Assembly (NCBI GenBank): GCA_965250285.1
Contig: OZ252299.1
Location: 5,440,001 to 5,504,000, forward strand
DNA: 64,000 nt
Source: Myxococcota bacterium
Lineage (GTDB): Bacteria > Myxococcota_A > UBA9160 > UBA4427
Direction of reading: 5' to 3'
Shown here: positions 60,869 through 64,000 of the stretch, piece by piece
How the letters are laid out: every line of letters begins with the position of its first letter
Numbering within the stretch: the stretch's first letter is position 1
Program-made: the position numbers and the translations under genes
The notes under the pieces: generated by a model
What the model saw: the letters and a program-made list of their open reading frames with translations, nothing else
Databases searched by the model: none
Told to the model about the DNA's origin: nothing

Positions 60869-61351
60869 GTGACGGCAGAGACGTTTCTCTCGTCTGCGAC
60901 CGAGGTCGCCATCGGCATCGCCGGGTTCGCCGGCATCATTGCGGCGATTCGCCATCGCGACCTGAGCGCGTGGGCGGCCGAGGATCGACTGCTCCTGCGG
61001 ATGCTGCTGGTCGCATCCGGTGTGTCGGTCCTCTTCTCATGGCTGCCCATCATCCTGTTCGAGGCCGGGGTGGGTCGAGAGATCGTCTGGCGTGGTTCGA
61101 GCCTCGTTCTCCTCGTCTGGCACACGTCGACCGTCGTCTATCGCATCCGTCAGCTCAGGCGACTCGGGCTCGGCAGGATCGCGCCCAATATCTCGGCCGT
61201 CTGGAACGCCGGCATCATCTTGTTCCAGATCGCCAATCTCTATCTGGCCGAATCGTGGCCCTACCTCCTGGGCATCGCGGGCATCTTGATCAACGCGTTC
61301 ATGTTCTTCCTGGTGCTCCTGCTCGGCCGGCCTTCGGATACGCCCGACTAA
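60869..61351 (+). CDS. membrane protein, AGFSG family
   Basis: EVAIGIAGFAGIIAA. Confidence 0.75.
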   Translation: MTAETFLSSATEVAIGIAGFAGIIAAIRHRDLSAWAAEDRLLLRMLLVASGVSVLFSWLPIILFEAGVGREIVWRGSSLVLLVWHTSTVVYRIRQLRRLGLGRIAPNISAVWNAGIILFQIANLYLAESWPYLLGIAGILINAFMFFLVLLLGRPSDTPD

Positions 61352-61445
61352 CGTCGCGCCGACGACGTTGGGCTCTCGAACATCGGGTGCCCGACTCGCA
61401 TCGAGTGCCTGGAACCCACGCGTCATACGCAGGAGCCCTGAAAGC

Positions 61446-61913
61446 ATGCGACCGGTTGGCCCGAGCGACGTCTCTGCCGTGCTTTCGGTTGCCCAGGAGA
61501 GCGGGCTGTTCGCAGCCGACGAGCTCGGCGATGTCCAAGCCATGCTCGAATCGTTTCTGGCTGGCGAATCGGGGCCTGATCACCACTGGGTCACCCACGA
61601 CGGCGATCAGGTATCGGGCGTTGCGTACTTCGCGCCCGAACCGTTCACCGAGGGCGTCTGGAATCTCTACATGCTCGCGGTTGCCCCTGACCATCAGGGC
61701 TCGGGCCTGGGTGCGTCGCTCGTCGAGTATGCAGAGTCGGTGGCGACCGAGTCAGGCGCTCGGCTCATGCTCATCGAGACATCGGGAACGCCGGGATTCG
61801 AACGGACGCGTGCGTTCTACGTGCGGTGTGGCTACGTACAAGAAGCCAGAATCCGCGACTACTACGGTGCCGGCGACGACAAGGTCGTCTTCTGGAAGTC
61901 GTTCGCGGGTTGA
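61446..61913 (+). CDS. GNAT family N-acetyltransferase
   Basis: LAVAPDHQGSGLG...IETSG...RAFYVRCGY...RIRDYY. Confidence 0.9.
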   Translation: MRPVGPSDVSAVLSVAQESGLFAADELGDVQAMLESFLAGESGPDHHWVTHDGDQVSGVAYFAPEPFTEGVWNLYMLAVAPDHQGSGLGASLVEYAESVATESGARLMLIETSGTPGFERTRAFYVRCGYVQEARIRDYYGAGDDKVVFWKSFAG

Positions 61914-62086
61914 CGTGCGGTCGAGGCGCGTGGCGGATCGGTTCGGGATCGGAGCGCGAGCACCAGGGCTCGGCCTGTTCCCCTCGTGATACGATCCCGA
62001 TCGTCTTGGGCGATGCCAGCCACTGTGCCAGATCGGTGCATGGGGCTGGACGCCGCATCTGCTGAGCGGCCGAGCGCACATGAGTC

Positions 62087-62449
62087 ATGGCTGATCTATT
62101 CCTAGACCTCTTCCAGAACAGAGCGATTCGAAAGAACACGCTCGCGGCCGGTCGAGCAAGCCGAAAAGCAGGCGCCGCGCAGCGGAGTGTTCGCGACCTC
62201 GAGGCGGAGGTCGATCGTCTGAACCTCGTGGCCTTTGCGATGTGGGAGCTTCTGCAAGATCACACGGGCGCCACGGACGAGCAGCTGATCGAGAAGGTTC
62301 GTTCAGTCGACCTTCACGACGGTCACCGCAACAATCGAGCGAAGCCGCCCCCCATCGACTGTCCAGAATGCGGTCGAACGATCAACGCGCGACACGTCAA
62401 GTGTCTCTACTGCGACGCGGAGATCTCGACCAGCCCCTTCGGCAAGTAG
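62087..62449 (+). CDS. hypothetical protein with C-terminal Zn ribbon
   Basis: AMWELL...CPECGR...CLYC. Confidence 0.75.
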   Translation: MADLFLDLFQNRAIRKNTLAAGRASRKAGAAQRSVRDLEAEVDRLNLVAFAMWELLQDHTGATDEQLIEKVRSVDLHDGHRNNRAKPPPIDCPECGRTINARHVKCLYCDAEISTSPFGK

Positions 62450-62619
62450 GCGCGGTTGATCACTTGCTCTGACTTTTTGGCCCCGACAGGCGGCGTGGCC
62501 GCCGAGGGATTCGCGCGTTCGGCAGAGCGGCGCGTGGTAGGCTCACTTCGACCGAGGCGTACATCGCCACTGTGCCAGATCGGTGCAAGGGGCTGGACGT
62601 CGATCGTTGGGTGACGGCG

Positions 62620-63027
62620 ATGCGATCTGGATCGTGGCGCTTGGCTTGCGTGATCGTGCTTGCTCTGACCTTCGGCTCATGTCGGACGCCTTCGATGGCA
62701 ACGCCCCGAGCGTGCCCTTCGTTCTCTGAGCTGCCGCCTCAGGTCGATACGGCGTGTGCCCCCTCGGACGTCATGAGTCGATACTCGACCAAGATCTTCA
62801 AGCGCTGGATCGAGGGGCTGCATCTGGGGTCGAGGGGGCCGCTTTCGTTCCCGTGGTTGACACTCGTCTACGGTGAGGGTCCGACGGTCGAGCTCGCCTG
62901 CTACCGCCTAGTTGATGACTCGATCCCCGAGAAGAGAGTGGCTATCGCCGCGAAATCCGTCGCGCGGGTTCGGGTTCCGCGCGAGCTCGCATGCTTTGCG
63001 GGTGGGCGTCTCGACCTCGCTCAGTAA
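62620..63027 (+). CDS. putative lipoprotein
   Basis: FGSC lipobox-like. Confidence 0.5.
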   Translation: MRSGSWRLACVIVLALTFGSCRTPSMATPRACPSFSELPPQVDTACAPSDVMSRYSTKIFKRWIEGLHLGSRGPLSFPWLTLVYGEGPTVELACYRLVDDSIPEKRVAIAAKSVARVRVPRELACFAGGRLDLAQ

Positions 63028-63175
63028 TGGGACGTCCTGACGGACCGGCGCTTCATCCTGGCTCGTTCTTCGCGGTTGCGCGCGCGTGGTAGACTGCCGC
63101 CGAAGTGAGCGAGACGAGCCGCCGCGTCGGGTGTTCGCGACGCGGCTCCTGCTGAAGGCGAGGCGACGAGAGACA

Positions 63176-63661
63176 GTGCTGGAGCGAGTCGGAGAGCATT
63201 TCGATCGGGTCTTGTTCGCGCTCGACCTGCCGCGGTTCGAGCCCTGCGCAGCCACGACGCGCCTCCCTACGGATCACTTCCTCTGTCTGCTCGCCGCCGA
63301 CTTCACCTCTGCATCGGACGGTGAGATTTCGATGCTTGCGAACTCGCTCATCGAGCGCGGTGCATCGTATTTCGTGTGCTGGGGGCCGGGTTGCTCGCGT
63401 GTGCACGCTTTGATCGACGACCTGACGCTCCTTGTCGAGGCACCCACGTCGGATGGCTCCGTCATCATGACGACATCGCACGGGGGTGAGACCCTGTCGG
63501 AGGCGCTCTTCTTCTTGCTCTGCACGGCCTGGCCCGATACGGGCTACCAGGATTCGAGCGGTTGCATCGTGGCCGTCTCTGTGGGCGGTGGGTCGATTGC
63601 GGCCGAGATTCGCGAGGCCCTCGCCGAACCCGAGGCCTTCGTCGCGAAGATGTCGGCGTGA
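63176..63661 (+). CDS. hypothetical protein
   Basis: GASYFVCWGPGC..VHALID...IMTTSH..ETLSEALFF; start uncertain. Confidence 0.65.
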   Translation: MLERVGEHFDRVLFALDLPRFEPCAATTRLPTDHFLCLLAADFTSASDGEISMLANSLIERGASYFVCWGPGCSRVHALIDDLTLLVEAPTSDGSVIMTTSHGGETLSEALFFLLCTAWPDTGYQDSSGCIVAVSVGGGSIAAEIREALAEPEAFVAKMSA

Positions 63662-63728
63662 CCTTCGGTCGCCGAGCCCGTTGGCGCCTTGGCTGAAACC
63701 CACTTCTTCGAGCTTCATCCCTGAACTC

Positions 63729-64000
63729 ATGCCGTCGAACGTCAACCTGTTCTCAGCACTCGAGAGCATCACTGCCCGGCCCGAGCCCTTCGCGGTGTAC
63801 ACCGCCGCCGAGCTGTGGACGAACCCGCACACGTCGGCGCGAATGCTCGCGTTTCATCTCGACGAGAACGCCGACGTGTCGTCGCGCCGAGCCGACTTCA
63901 TCGATCGCTCGGTCGAGTGGATCAGCGACCGCTTCGAGGTCGGCCGCGGTACGAAGGTCGTCGACTTCGGCTGCGGCCCCGGGCTGTACGCCGAGCGGCT
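63729..64000 (+). CDS. class I SAM-dependent methyltransferase, 3' truncated by the window
   Basis: LWTNPHTSARMLAFHL...VVDFGCGPGLYAER. Confidence 0.85.
   Translation, partial: MPSNVNLFSALESITARPEPFAVYTAAELWTNPHTSARMLAFHLDENADVSSRRADFIDRSVEWISDRFEVGRGTKVVDFGCGPGLYAER

Larger units (their letters stand above)
50659..63165 (+). repeat. decayed attC remnants between tail genes
   Basis: Fragments such as gccacgccgctgaacgccga (51465, 52391), gccgcaagccg (52969), gcgcaagccactgaacgccgacc (55254) and gctgaacgccgac (60210), with mutated R boxes. Confidence 0.8.
23990..64000 (+). mobile_element. chromosomal integron cassette array: 49 cassettes with intact attC, then about 20 with decayed attC
   Basis: Regular alternation of short + strand ORFs with RYYYAAC...GTTRRRY hairpin repeats downstream of intI. 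Confidence 0.95.

Overview
This is a high-GC bacterial chromosome segment; a Myxococcota-like host is inferred only from gene content. Bases 1-22.5 kb hold ordinary core genes: fatty-acid metabolism, an SGNH/MBOAT pair, nrfHA, nagZ, PEP-CTERM, DUF1329, a thiolase/hydroxyacyl-CoA dehydrogenase operon and an RND pump. From 22.8 kb to the end lies a large chromosomal integron. Its integrase points toward the array, attI is at about 23990, and 49 cassettes with intact ~125-135 bp attC sites follow (24.0-50.1 kb). A tail of roughly 20 ex-cassettes with decayed attC sites fills 50.1-64 kb. Four points stand out. (1) All 49 intact attC sites carry an extended -10 promoter signature (TGnTAnnnT) facing the next cassette, and it survives in the tail where the recombination boxes have decayed. 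(2) An ORF-less 281-283 bp cassette occurs in 9 diverged copies and folds into a nested rod with G-U pairs, suggesting a structured RNA cassette. (3) Each cassette has its own ~13-bp terminal inverted repeat extending beyond the 7-bp R box. (4) One two-gene cassette encodes a HEPN-like protein and may be a defence or toxin module. All counts and alignments were made by eye.
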